A stretch of 64,000 nucleotides of DNA. It comes from the human T2T-CHM13v2.0 reference genome, Homo sapiens. Shown here piece after piece: positions 15,744 to 29,059 of this stretch. The first letter of the stretch is position 1. Each line of letters starts with the position of its first letter. A model generated the notes under the pieces. It did not search any database and was not told where the DNA came from. It saw only the letters and a list, made by a program, of their open reading frames with translations. The stretch is from assembly GCF_009914755.1 (NCBI RefSeq), contig NC_060926.1. The stretch is one strand, 5' to 3'. The position numbers and the translations under genes are program-made.

Positions 15744-18700
15744 AGTCTTTGCTTAGATGTCATCCCCTATGCCTTGTGAAATGAAATAGGGGATTCTGAT
15801 ACAGTCTTTTGGTTGGGCATTGCTATCTGGACTAAATTCAAGTTGCATTCCTATGGAAGAGGAGGAGTGGATATTGGGTGAGAAGTTGGTAGTGCCACAC
15901 CAAGGCTTTCTGTCTTTTTATTTACTATGTTGGTAGAGCATATTCATTTGTATCTTCCTGAGATGGTGAGAATACATTTTTTGTTTATTTATAATAATAT
16001 ATTATTTTTATTTATTATTATTTAATTCCACAGTCTGAAAATGTCTTTAGTTCATGCTACATGTACTTAATAGTTTGGTTTTGTATAAAATTTGATATTA
16101 GAAATTATGTTCTCTCAGATTAAAATGTTGAAACCATTCCTGCATTGTCTTTCGGGTTTCAGTGTTGCTACTGAGAAGGCACATATAATTCTGATTCCTG
16201 ATTCTTTGTTTGTGATCTATTTATCTCCCTAGATGCTTTTAGAATGTTTCCATCATCTTTATTATTTTTAAATTTCATAATAATTATGTTGGCTTGGATC
16301 TTCTTCATTCATTGTGCTGGGTACCCTAGGGATCTTTTCAGTGTGGAAACTCAATTTCTTTTGGGAAATTTTTTTGTAGTATTTCTTTGATAATTAACTG
16401 CCCTCTACTTTTTTAATGCTTTGTTTCTAGATGTTAGAGCTCTAATTATTTAAATGTTGGAACATCTAGATTGATCCTATAATTTTCCTTCTTTTTTATA
16501 TTTTTTAGTTATTTTCTTTTTGGTTCTGTGTTTCTGATAATTTTCTCAATTTAAACTTTAACCTTTCTCTTGAATTTCTCATTTCTGCTGTCCTGTTATA
16601 TTTTCTTTTCTGTTCTCTGTTTCAATTTATAGCAATCTATTTTTATACTGTCATTGCAATAACTTCCATTATCTCTGAGAACATTAATGATAAAGTTTTA
16701 GTGTTTCCTTTTGCTCTCTCCAGTAACTTGGAAGGGTACTGTGTCTCCAAGCTACTGGAGAGAGCAGAAGAAAATACTAAAACTTTATCATTAGTGTTCT
16801 CTTTTTTTATGTTTTATTTTCCTTTTGTATTCCTTTTCTGTTTTTCATTGAAGGATGTTTTTCAAAATCTTGTGATGTTTTGATAGCCTATTTCTTTATA
16901 AGACTTAGAACTTAAAAATATTTGTGAGTTCTCTTTTTGTGCAAAATATGTCATCTTTCTATAATACTGTCAAGTAGGAACTTGGCTATGTCATTTGGAT
17001 AAGCCCAATATCAGTATCTGTAAATCTGTTTTCTGGTTCTGATCAGAGTACCTCTGGTTGACCATTATAATCTATTGCCCAGGAAAGGAGTATAAACTTG
17101 GCTGTTTGGATTCTAGGAGCAGAGCATGAGAAGTGGGCTGGGAGTTTGCTTTTAGAATGCAAAATTCAGTTAATTTTCTTGTTTTCAAAATGGTGCAATA
17201 TTCTTGCCCTCATCTGTGCAGCCTCATATCCATGGGTTAACAGTTTTCAAATGTTCTAGAAACTTATTCCATATTTCTTCATGTTGCAGGAAAAGATATG
17301 AGGGTCTGAAATCTCTTTGTAAAGACTTTCAACACATTTTCTCTTTTTGAGACCCATTTTTTACTTCCTCCTACACAAATATCTGCACTTCCAGTTACTG
17401 AGTCTCTTGTTCATTCTCTGGCTAAAATTGTCTTCTTCAGTTTTGTTTTTTCCCATGCAGGTCTTCAAGTTTCACCTATCTTCCTTTACTAAAACAGTTA
17501 CCACTCATGAATCATATTTCCATCTTCTCTATGTCTTTATAGTTATGCCTTATGTACTCTGGTTAATACTCTCATTTGCTTTGCCCTGTGTCTTATCCAT
17601 GTTTATCGATTTATTTTAGTTTTAGTGATAGTCCTGGAAACTGCAGATATAAATGTGTCCGATCTGTCATGTTTATCAGGGTTCTCATTAGTTTGTTATA
17701 ACTTCCATAGGTAATATTTATATGGCCTCAAGTATGTGAAGAAAAAGTGCATTTTAATGTAGCCAGGTTAATGCAGCAATATGAACTTTGAGTTGACTTC
17801 AAGGGCTTGTCTAGCTGATGGTGTTTTGTCAGTTAGTGTCATGAATTGTTTGCCCACAAACATGGGGGATTGCATATTTAATCCCCATTTAAGGTGTTTT
17901 TTTTTTTTTTTATCATGATAGCTCATGTAGCTGTTATCTTTATTCAATTCAGCAAGTCAAAGATGCCACGATATGTTAGATGCTCATTTGATTATCTGAT
18001 AAAATGTAATTTGGAGCTAGTGTACTTTTTATCTCTTCCACCTTTCACTTCTAAACTAAATTTCACATTAGCTATCATGAATAAGAAATATTTGAGTTAT
18101 CTTATCTCATTTTTAGTCTTGAGTTGAAATTCAGTGAGAAACACTGGGGATCTTCCAAATAGCTCTTTTAAGTGGAGAAGCTCCCCCTGAACAGGTTACA
18201 GCACACTAGCACAACAAGACAATGTTAGGAAAAGAGAGGAGAAGTATGGAAAAACCTATCTGCAGTGGTCAGAGTATATTTCTAATTTTCTAACATATGA
18301 CTAATGTGGAGGATTCCCTGTTCCAGCTATTTTTAGGAATTGCATTGCCTAACTCGCGAGGAACTATGCAACATGCCTTTGGTCATAAATTTACTGAAGT
18401 TGTCTTATTATTTGAATTGTCCTGAATCTGTAGTACACTTTGCACTTTGCCTAAACTTAGTTCAATATCTGCCTATTAAGTGCAAGTCATTTCTCAGATG
18501 ACACAGCATTTGAAATGCCATTGTGGGAATAAGTAGTTGCATTTGAGATTTTATTTCCATAATGCATCAGTGGAAAGCTGCAATAAAATATAATATGGTT
18601 TAATCCCTGAATAAGGAAAATTACTTCATTTCAGCCACTATACCTGGTGTCTTAAGGAAATGCTAACTCATATTATTAAGAGGTACATTGTATTGTATCT

Positions 18701-21700
18701 GTTAAGAGCAGACAATTTTTTTGCACTCTGATTAAATAGATTCTATTTCGTGGGTTAAGCCAAAACAAGATGATAACAGCAAAGAGATTTGGTTTTGAGT
18801 TTTCAGATGTTAAGGAAAACAAAAATAGAAATGCAGGGAAGTTTATTATTTTTAATTTTTCAACAATAAAAAGATACAAGGAAAACTTTTTTCTTGGGAA
18901 AAAATAAATTTGCTTTCTGGGTTGTTGTACAGGGAACATCTAGGAATAAAATCTTCAAACATAAAGAAACACTGTCCAAACTAATGGTTCCTGTATCGAC
19001 CCTAAATAGAGGATAAGAACATTACATTAAGTTGTGTCTCAGTGAAAGCAATTCTTTGAAGGGCTGAGATAATGTGGTAAATGTGCTTTACTGTCTGACG
19101 GCTTAATATAGGAATGGATCTTGGGGAATCAGACAAAAGGATGTCAGCATACCCACTAGGCTCTTTCCAGTACCATGAGTAGAAAGAAGCTTAAGATTCT
19201 GCAGAATTTCTATTGAAAATTAAGTTCTTCCTTGGACATTCAGGAATATGGAAGGGTTATTTAACTGTGAAGTAATCATAGCTACATGGTGTATTTCATA
19301 TAATGGAAATTCTTTTATGTTTATACCTTGCAATGTACTCTCAAATTTATTTCCTTGGTATGAGGAAAGATACTCATTCTTGATTTATTGCTCCTACAAA
19401 AAATTATATTATTGTTGATATCCACAGGAAGCTGAATATTCAGAAAATAGATGAGTAAATTGGAAACATTTTTATATATTTTTAAAATAACTCCCCAATA
19501 AAAATAATACATTTAAAGATGAGTGGGTCTGCAATTTATAATATAATTATTATTTTCTTCTAAATTTAATGTTAAAAATTTAGACAACATTATCTGGTTT
19601 TCTGTATTGGAAATTAGAGTTGATTTCTCTAGATCTCCCTATAGTCATTGTTTGTAAACCATAATGTGTGGCCATCTGCCTGTTCGACTGAAGGTCCCGG
19701 GGGTATTTAAGAGGACCTATCTCTCCTGTTTGCCCTCATCCTTTTTATTTCCCAGAAAGAACATGGTCAGCACTCAGTTTTGAAGAAATTCAAGCATTCT
19801 TAGTTCAGAGACGGGTAGATATGATGGAAAAGGAAGGGAGAAGAGAAAGTTCAGAAGCCATGCAGATGTTTTAAACACACCTTATATCAAATCTCCATAC
19901 CTATTTTCCATCAAGCATAAAATGTAGATGTAAACTCATGTGATTCTAACTGCTCATCACCACTGACTCATTTATCTGTCTACCTGAACATACACATATA
20001 CATGATACAATATATGTAAAAGAATGTGCTTAATACTTTCATTTTGTTGATTTCTTCTGGATCCCCATATACAGCATAGAATTTAACAAATTCATTTAAA
20101 CAAAATTTCAATATATTTTACTTCTTTGCCACTAACTACAACTGGAAGCTGGAACTAAATATGTATTTGTGGATGGCCGTTTGTCCCTAGAAAAGCAATT
20201 TGCATCATGTTGTCAATAGGACTGACTGCGTGTAAATGCAATATGTTTGGATTTTGATGTAGAAATTAGAGTGTTATCTCTAAAATAGATTTATCTCACT
20301 TCACACTATTAAAAATACTTCAAGTTCTTGAGACCAAAGCAAGCTTATTGAAAGAATCTGAGTGGTTTTATTTCCATGAGTTCTGGTCACAGAGTAAAAG
20401 AACATCATCAAGTGAGTGGTAATAAAAATAGGTCTTAGAATTTACAAATTTTATTTCCTTCATTTGTGTTTGTAAGGTACGTCTAGTGAGGTTATAAGAT
20501 AAAGACTGGGCTATATTCATATGTATATGTATCATTGGACTGTGAGTTCTTTAAAGGCAGGCTCCATAACATGTATGACTTTGTTCATAGGAAGTATTTT
20601 CATAAAATAAAGGTTTCAGTAGTGCTTAGTGACTGACTGAATAAACATCTCCAAAATATCTGGACAGCATAATTAATTTGATCTTTTAAAATGACTTAAT
20701 GACCCATAGGGATAGCTTATGGTCAAATAAATTGGTGTTTATCAGATATACATCCAAAAGGGGTGAAGGGACTTGTTTTGCTTCAGTGGTAATTTTTTAT
20801 AAGGCCTTCTACTCATCTGAATTAAAGTTTAAATCAATATTGTAACCAAAATATTATGGAGTTTTACTTTCTTGTTGCTAGTTCATTTGCTTTTTTGTCT
20901 ACTGATTGATTTTTGAAAATTACTCTGAACTCAATACAATATTTCCTACCTCATTAAAGATTCTGGATGACAAGGCCTTGATTGACAAATGTCAATGGCA
21001 GTTAGTTTTGGTTGTTTTTAACGTATTTGCCTAGCATTAGGGACCTCAATTTCTTTTAAAATATTTCAAGTATGTTTTCACAGAAACTCTTAAAGATAGA
21101 CCAAGATGATTATAACATCAGGGTCATTTTGCAAGGGTAAAATTCTTAACTGAATTTATTTAACCTGAAGATTCTGGTCAAATGCCAGGTCAGATAGTTG
21201 CTCTTTGTTCTTTAAATTTCCTTCCTGGGTTAGAATGCATTTGCTTAATTTTTAATATCTGGGGTGGATAATTGGTGAATATTGGTGATGCTTTATTACA
21301 GATATAATATGGTTATGTGGGAAGTGATATGGTAAAAAATTGCGGAATATTTTGTATTTATGCTTAATTTCTGGGAGTGAAGAAATTCATGGCACTGTGC
21401 TTTCAGTTTGGTGGAAGTAGAATACAGAGTAAAACATCCTGATGCTTGCTTATCTTGAAAAGAAGAAATGGGGCACCTTCAGATAAAATGAGACAGTATA
21501 TGTCAATTATTTGTAAGCCAAAACAAGCAAATAAAATCATTCATTTTTGCAGATGTTAGTTGTGATAGTGTCAGGGATACAGGAGGGTTTCCTATTAGTT
21601 TATTATGTGACTAAAGAGCAGAGGCAACATTGCCTCCTGGTTAGAGTATAAGTTTTGGAGTTATACAGCATTAGTTTTAATTCTCAGTTCTCCTTCTTAT

Positions 21701-22187
21701 TAGTTGTATCTACTTAGGCAAGTTGCTTTTTTTGTGTCTGGCTTGTAATAGTTCCTCAATAAACAGTAGCTATTTTCATTAGCATCGTTAGCAACAAGTA
21801 ACTGAGGATCTTTCTGGAATAGCCACAATATTCCAATCCGTATTTTTGTTAAACATTTTTGGATAAAGTCAGGTTGAATATTTTGTTAGGGTTCTTTGTT
21901 CTGTGATTTTTCCTTGCTCAATTAGCTAGATATTCTTTACCCTTGGTGAAGAAAAACAGAAACCTTAAGGATTAGAGATACAAGCATTTGTATATTATAT
22001 CTCATTTTTGTTAGATGTTTTAATAGAAGAAACTTTTTTTTTCTTTTTTCTCCTGGCCTAGGAGAAATTTTGGTCACACAGTCAGCAAAATGGTGATGGT
22101 AGCTGTGATGGAAGTTGTGACTGCATGGTTTCAGAGGTGCCCCCATTGGTCAATGTGTCTTGGGACATTCAGTTTTGGCTTACCTTC

Positions 22188-22396
22188 CAGGAGTATGTCC
22201 AATCTTTTGGCTTCCCTGGGCCACATTGGAAGAAGAAGAATTGTCTTGGGTCACACATAAAATACACTAACAACAATAGCTTCTGAGAAAAAAAAATCTC
22301 ATAATATTTTAAGAAAGTTTATGAATTTGTGTTGGGCCTCATTGAAAGCCGTCCTGGGCTGCATGTGGCCTGAAGGCTGCGGGTTGGACAAGCTTG
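22188..22396 (+). mobile_element. MER30 (hAT-Charlie) DNA transposon
   Basis: tgtccaatcttttggcttccctgggccacattggaagaagaagaattgtcttggg...gggttggacaagcttg. Confidence 0.9.
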
Positions 22397-22569
22397 TTCA
22401 GACAATATTGCCTGGTTAATTTTACATAATGGGAGCAAGTAAAGTTGAACATGGAGGAGTAAGGTCTGGAGGTTTCTTTCTTTTTCATATTTTAAGGATT
22501 AGGGAGATGATATATAAAATGATCAAGTCCAAAAAATATATGCTTTATCAATTCCTGAGATTACATTGA

Positions 22570-23050
22570 GACTTAGCTATTTGATTTTGAGGTCAGAAAT
22601 CCTAGCTTTGTTGTTTTTTAGCTGTAGGACCTTGTATGAGTTACTGAAATTTTCTAAACATGTGTCTTCATCTATAAAATGTTAATAATATATCCCACAT
22701 TGTTTTAAGTTTTATCTAGAACACTGTCACCTAGGTAATGCGTGAAAAATGCTTGATTCTATGCATGGTACATAATGTCTGTTCAGAAAAGGATTGGTGC
22801 CTGAACAAAGTTTTTGAGGATTTAGAAAGCAAAAAGACAACTAATAGTTCTTTAATGATCACATACTGTATATGAGGTATAGTATTGAACGATTATTATA
22901 TACATTTATCTCATTTAATCCACATACCTTGTGTTAAGTAGGTCTTATTACCTTCATTTAACAAATAAGAAAACAGAGTCTCAGGCTGGTTAAGTAACTC
23001 GTTAAGTCACACAGCTAGTGGCTGATAATGCCAAAGTGTTGCTTACTTTG
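22570..23050. mobile_element. Two MIR fragments in opposite orientations
   Basis: tagctgtaggaccttg...catctataaaatg (+, ~22570-22790); atctcatttaatcc...aaacagagtctcagg...taagtaact...gtcacacagctagtgg (-, ~22850-23050). Confidence 0.65.
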
Positions 23051-24509
23051 TCTATTATCGGACACTAAATTCTATTCTGATAGAATATACTGTATTCCTG
23101 GGTCTGTTTCTTTGCTGTCACCAAAATATCTTCATTGTTTCTTATTGATTAATGTATTCCTTCCTCTTTCGAGCCTGTATGCTGTCATTATCCTATATAC
23201 CTGGTTGATTTAAGGCTGGTAAACATGTATCTGCCTATTTTAACTGTCGGAAAATCCATGTTAATGATTTTCTGGTTAGCAAGCATAGTAAGAAGGGATG
23301 TGATTTACAGGTCATTTTGCAGCATTATTGTTTAACTTCAAAAGCAAACATCCATTTTATGTGCATTTAATAAGCAAAATACCAGTGTTATCATATGTCT
23401 TGATATCCTCTTGAAAAGACATCAACGTAACAGAGATTTATTAATATTTTTCTCATTAAATCACATACAGCTTTATTCTACACAAAGGTAAGTTCTGCTT
23501 ATCTATGGCAGAATCAGACATGGCTGAAAGATGAAGTTATTCATAGATGCCAGGGAGTATTAATAATATGGCACCCAAGAGTGGAATTATCTCTGCATCC
23601 ACCTGCCAAAAGACTTGCAGTGAAGGCACAGAAAACCAGAAATCCTGCAGCTACACCAACATGACAACTCTAAAATGATTTGAAAGTAGAAAAAAAGAGA
23701 ATTACTGAATTTTGAGATATTCTGATATGTCAGTTACAGCCTTGGCCAACTCCAATTTTTCATAGAAAGTGGAGAATTCGGACATGCAGACAGTTAAATT
23801 AATGTCATTCTCCCTCCTCCCATTTGTCATGTAATTTGTATTTTCTATTTGAAAATGGTTGGTAGGTATTGTAAAGCAAATATTTCATAAACTTAACTAG
23901 AAAAACCTCTCATACAAAAATGCAAGTAAATTGGGTGTTTCAAACAGTACTTAAGCTTAAAAAGCTTCAAAATAACCTTACTTAATGTCTCAAGATACGC
24001 AACACAAAAACAAATTGCTTTTTATTTTTCAGGTTATAGAGAGCATAAAAATCAAACTGCCAATTATTCCAGAGTTTTACTTTTAATGCTCCATAGATAG
24101 TACCTAGGAACCAAATTCCTTAAACTTTTGCTTAGCTCTCATTGAGCAGAATTTAAGTAGACTTGGGAAAACCAAAGATGATCTTGGTCTTTTGGGTATT
24201 GTCCCTTTTAACCCCTGATCGTTACCAGTCACATACCCTGCCCAAATCTCAGCAAATAGCACGACGTCAGCAAGAAAATAGGAGTGGTCCAACACAAATT
24301 CTCTCAGCTATTTGCCCCACTCCCCATACATTTACCTACTTCTGTATATTCCAGTTACAAAGGGAGAAGCATCAAGTCTGACTCATTTTCTGGTGCTCTG
24401 TATCCCATTCTCTCCTTCCACCTCAATTTTCTTGTTCCATCTGTAATCATTCACTTTCTTCTTTGCTATAAATCCATCTCTTTTCACTGGCTTTTTTTTC
24501 AGTTTATAA

Positions 24510-25255
24510 ATATTCACTCACTCAACAAATATATACTAATCTACACAGGGATGGGCTCATTTCTAGGCACTAAAGATAGAATATTGAATGAATAAACAGT
24601 TAAATTCTGGCAGGTGGAGGACAAGATAAGTAAATAGAAATATAGCAGATGGTGATAGGTACTACTGAGGGGTTCATAATATGGTGGTCTGAAAAGGCTT
24701 CACTGAGAAGATGGTTTTGCAGAAAGATAGTTGTACCATGGAGGTAAGAATACAAAGCACACAGATCTGGGGAAAGAGAATTTTATAAGAGGTAACAGTA
24801 TAAAGATCTTAAGAGAGGCACATGCCTGCCATGTGTGAAGAATGTGGCAGCCAAAGAGTCTTGAACAATTGGTGAAAGAATAATAGAAGGAGGTGGCACA
24901 GATCATGCAGGGCTTTGTAGCCAATTATATGGATTTTAGTTTTGATTCTAAGTGAGAAAGGGAGCCATTGGAGGGGTATGAGGAGGGAAAGTTGTGATCT
25001 GATTTGGTTTTTATCAACATCTTTTAGCTTCTGTGTGGTAGCTTCCCTGGGTTTTCCAAAGGCCATGGAGGGTTGAGGGCAGAAGCAGGAAGATTAACTA
25101 GAAGACCATCACAAAATCCAAGGGAGAGTTGAGGTTGGCTTGGGCAAGAGTGGTGATGGTAGATTTGGTAAGAAGTGGTCATAATATGGATAGTTTTAAA
25201 ATAGAGTCGATAAGATTGGGTGATAGCGTATATGGTGTAAAATTGTGGACTGAAG
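24510..25255 (-). mobile_element. LINE-2 fragment
   Basis: attcactcactcaacaaatat start; ggcacagatcatgcagggctttgtagcc; gggagccattggagg. Confidence 0.7.
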
Positions 25256-25269
25256 AATGGCATAGGCTT

Positions 25270-25900
25270 ACTGGGACTTCTGTTGTACACTGGAATGTGG
25301 AAAGCTGGAAAAAGCATTGCTCTCATGTTCACAACAGCAAAAAAGTCAGATGACCTACAAATTTACGCCTTTTCTCAAATCCATCAGAGAGCTGATATTG
25401 CAGAGCAACTGATTTCTCTGAAATCTAAGCAAATATGGGTGTCTGCAAAGAGATATAGGACACAAGTATTTGCTTATATGTGGAAGATTCACCAGGTGCT
25501 ATAAGAGGAATTTAGCTAAAATTAAGGAATTGGAAAGGACTAAGTGTGGACCAGAAGAGAATATAGAACCCCTGAGTTCCAAAATTACTAGGGAATTTGC
25601 ACCCACTTATGTAGGCTGTCCTTCATGGACCTCACTGCATACTCACAAAAAGATTGGTGGGAATCTTAAGAAAGTGTCCCTCTTGGTGTAGGCTTGGAGG
25701 GTTGTGAAGAGCGATTACCTTGAGAAAGGGACAAAAACCTCCTAAGATTTTTCTCCTTTATATCATATTAAACTTCTGGGGCTGGAGGTGGCAGTGGGGC
25801 AACAAACACCATCAAACTTAGGATATTTGTATAAACAACTTCATTTGGGAGAAGGGGAAAGAAAAACCTTATAATCCAGGGGGAAGTAAAGGATTATGAA
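25270..25900 (+). mobile_element. Probable old L1M 5'-end fragment
   Basis: gacttctg...ggaatgtggaaagctggaaaaagcattgctc...ccatcagagagctga resembles L1M 5' ends; family and strand tentative. Confidence 0.4.
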
Positions 25901-27546
25901 CTTTTATTGTTAAAAATTAGATATAAAATTTAAATTTCTGATAGAAATAGTTTTGGGCCTGAGGAACTGGTAGAACTCAGTAACCATTAACTAAAATTGT
26001 GAAGATGTAGGGGAGGGTAGGATTGATGAGGATGATCAATAGTTTAGTTTTTTGTATACTAAAAAATGACCCTTACACAAACCCCACTTTGTGTAAGGGT
26101 CTCCTCTACTTACCTGTGGTCTCCTCTAGCTATGCTTCTAACATCTTCACATCCCAAGGCTAAGGGTCAACAAAGAACTGTTGTTAAATCCTCTGCTCCA
26201 CACTTTATTGGCTTTAGCTTGTATTTTCAGATATGCTCCTGTGATATTCACTTGAGCTTATCTTACTTTCCTTATTTTGACTCTTGGTAATGTTTTAGGA
26301 CTCTGGCTAAATCATCTCTGACTCCTTTTGCTTCCCACTGCTTAGAGTGAAATGCCCCACTCAACCTCAATCCTCAGAACCCCCAAACTGCTGCCCATAT
26401 GCAACATTTTTTAGTAAGGTCTACCCAGAAGAATCACTTACTCTCTGGTTTACACTCTTATTATAGCTCACTCATGATTAAATGAGGTATAATATGCAAA
26501 GAATTTAGTGCAATAATTGGCATGTCATAAACTTCTAATAAATGCTAGTTGTTTGTATTAATAAAACTGTTTTTCTTATCTTTTTCTTGTTATTATTACA
26601 TTGCTGTATTTGTTCCACTTCACCTTTTGGCTTCCCCCCACCCCATCTGTTTTGTATTGTTATTCACTATTGATAAATATGATCAATATGATCACTAGCC
26701 CCCAAGTTACTCAAGTTATAAAACTGGAGTTGTCTTATATTTGTGTATCTTTCTCTAGCTTCCCCCAGTCCTTAACTACTATGAAGTCTACTTCCCGGAT
26801 ATCGATAATATTTTTCGCATCCTTTCTATTCCTATTGCTCTTATCTCTTCATACCTTACATGAGCTAGTGTAATAGTTTCCCAATGGAATTCTTTTTCTC
26901 TAAAGCATCTCCAACCAAGACTTCATAAATGTATTTCCAAGATACAAATATGATCTAATATTTAAAATACTTTATTCCTTCTCAGTAGGAAGATTGTGAA
27001 GCCTTTCATTGTATCCTCTCTTCCAGTATCCATCCTTATCTGATTACTTCAAAAAATGCACTAATCAATGCCACACTATTTGCAATTTTTCCTATCGTTT
27101 ATATCTTTTTGCTTGTGTGTGTATGTGTATACACATTTGAATAGGACAGTATCTCCAGTTTGTTGGGGTGAACACAACTGAAATGCCACCTCATGTGTGA
27201 AGCCTTCGCTGATACTGACATCCTGTTTCTCTAGTGACAACATTCCATATATTCCATCTTATGTGGCACTCTATTTGGTACTTAACTGCATTTTAAAATA
27301 CTCATGTGTCTATTTTCTTCACTAGGTTGTGAGTCCCTTGAATTTAGACATGGCTGGCTTCTTATTAGTCTGTTTCTTTAACCTGTGGTTCAACACTGGA
27401 CACATGTAAGGTTCAATGTAAAAATTACTGATTGAATAAATATGATATATTGAATAAGTAGAATCGACTGAGTTAGGTTCACAAATCTTCCATGAATCTT
27501 TCCAGACTTATAATTCAATACTGCATTGAATTTACCTAAAGACAAG

Positions 27547-27953
27547 TGATATAATTTGGATATTTGTCCGTGCAAATGTCATGTTGAAATGTAATCCCCA
27601 GTGGTGGAGGTGGGGCCTGGTGGGATGTGTATGGATCATGTAGGCATATCTCTCATGAATGACTTAGCGCCACCCCCTTGGTGATGAGTGAGTTCACATG
27701 AGATCTGATTGTTGAAAAGTGTGTGGCACCTCCCTTTCTCATGCTTCTGCTTTCACCATGTGATGACCCTGCTCCCAGTTTGTCTTCATAAGTAAAAGCT
27801 CCCTGAGGCCTCCCCAGAAGCTGAGCAGAGGCTGGTGCCATGCTTGTATAGCCTATGGAACTGTAAGCCAATTTAATTTTCTTTATAAATTTTCTTTATA
27901 AATTACCCAGTCTGAGGTATTTCTCTATAGCAACATAAAAGTGGCCTAATACA
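27547..27953 (+). mobile_element. MST (MSTA/B-like, ERVL-MaLR) solo LTR
   Basis: tgatataatttgga...gcctaataca; ccctgaggcctccccagaagc; near-TSD acaag / acaaa. Confidence 0.9.
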
Positions 27954-29059
27954 ACAAAGATCAACTTTTAAAATTTATTCAAATTATCCAGATGTAGAAA
28001 ATATACCAAGTATTATGTCATTTCTTCATTTTCAAATTATTAAACTTATCAGTAAATTCTTTTCCTAAATTTGCTAGCATTGTAGTACACATAGTTCATA
28101 GGTATTTATAAGTTTAACTGTTTATATACACATGACTTATTCTCCTTTAAAGTAATGATAGAAATATGAACTGGCTATCAATCTTTAGCTATAGAGAAAT
28201 ACCTCTGTACATAAAATGTAATTCTATACTTGAGAAGGTTGAGATTTTATCTACTATAAATTTATTTGAAGATGTGATGAAAACATGGTCAGTAATGAAA
28301 TTCTTTAGCAAGAAATCTTGGATAAAAAGAGATGAATTAAAATACCCAAGAATTACCCCTTGCTCACAGAGGTTATTTGACCCCTTAATTTGGATATATC
28401 AAGACCTAAAATTGAATTTTGAATGGACTGCTACCAGGTAGTAACCAAATTACATTATTTAAGCAGATATCTTTTTGCTTTCATATTTTATAGACTGGAT
28501 TTGTAATCCTTGCTTCTGAAGAGTTACAATAAGAATATCATTGGACTCAAAAAATCAAACAACAGTTTTGACTACCTACTCTGTGCAATATACTTGAGAG
28601 GGATGAAACAGAAAGATTCTCTGCTTCTGATATGCTTATAGTTTGGTGTTAAGACAAAACTATAATTACTACTCTTTATTTTGAGACTACAACCAACAAT
28701 CATACTAAATGTTGATGTGTCAAACACTGAGTGAAGACATTTAAAGAGATTATTAAATTTAATCATAATGAAAAACATTATGTAGTAGATGTAGATCACC
28801 CCTCTTTGTTCAAAGGGAAAACTAGTGCCTGAAAATGTTAACAAATATTCCAAGTCAAACAGTTATTAAGTAATAAAGCTGGAATATCTATCCAGACAGT
28901 CTGACACTAGAACTTGTTCTTTTGACCGCCACAGCCTATTGCTTCCCTAAGCATCAGAAATAGAAAGTGAGAACCGTTCAAAAGCATGTTAACCAAATCA
29001 TAATTCAATATAACAGCCAAGAAATATTGTGGGCAGTACATGATTAATTAACACAAGAA

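Larger units (their letters stand above)
12950..17650 (-). mobile_element. Patchwork of old L1M (L1ME/HAL1-like) fragments
   Basis: T-rich antisense L1M-like tracts (e.g. 16030-16700), plus a short L1MA-type 3' end at ~14035-14110; interrupted by MER20, Alus and MLT1. Boundaries uncertain. Confidence 0.5.

Noticed and set aside
22030-22200. Strong plus-strand acceptor at 22062
   Set aside because: Long pyrimidine tract but only weak downstream donors; cannot define an exon.
27875-27905. Small tandem duplications (ttttctttataaa x2; also ~825-850, ~13345, ~35910)
   Set aside because: Ordinary replication slippage.
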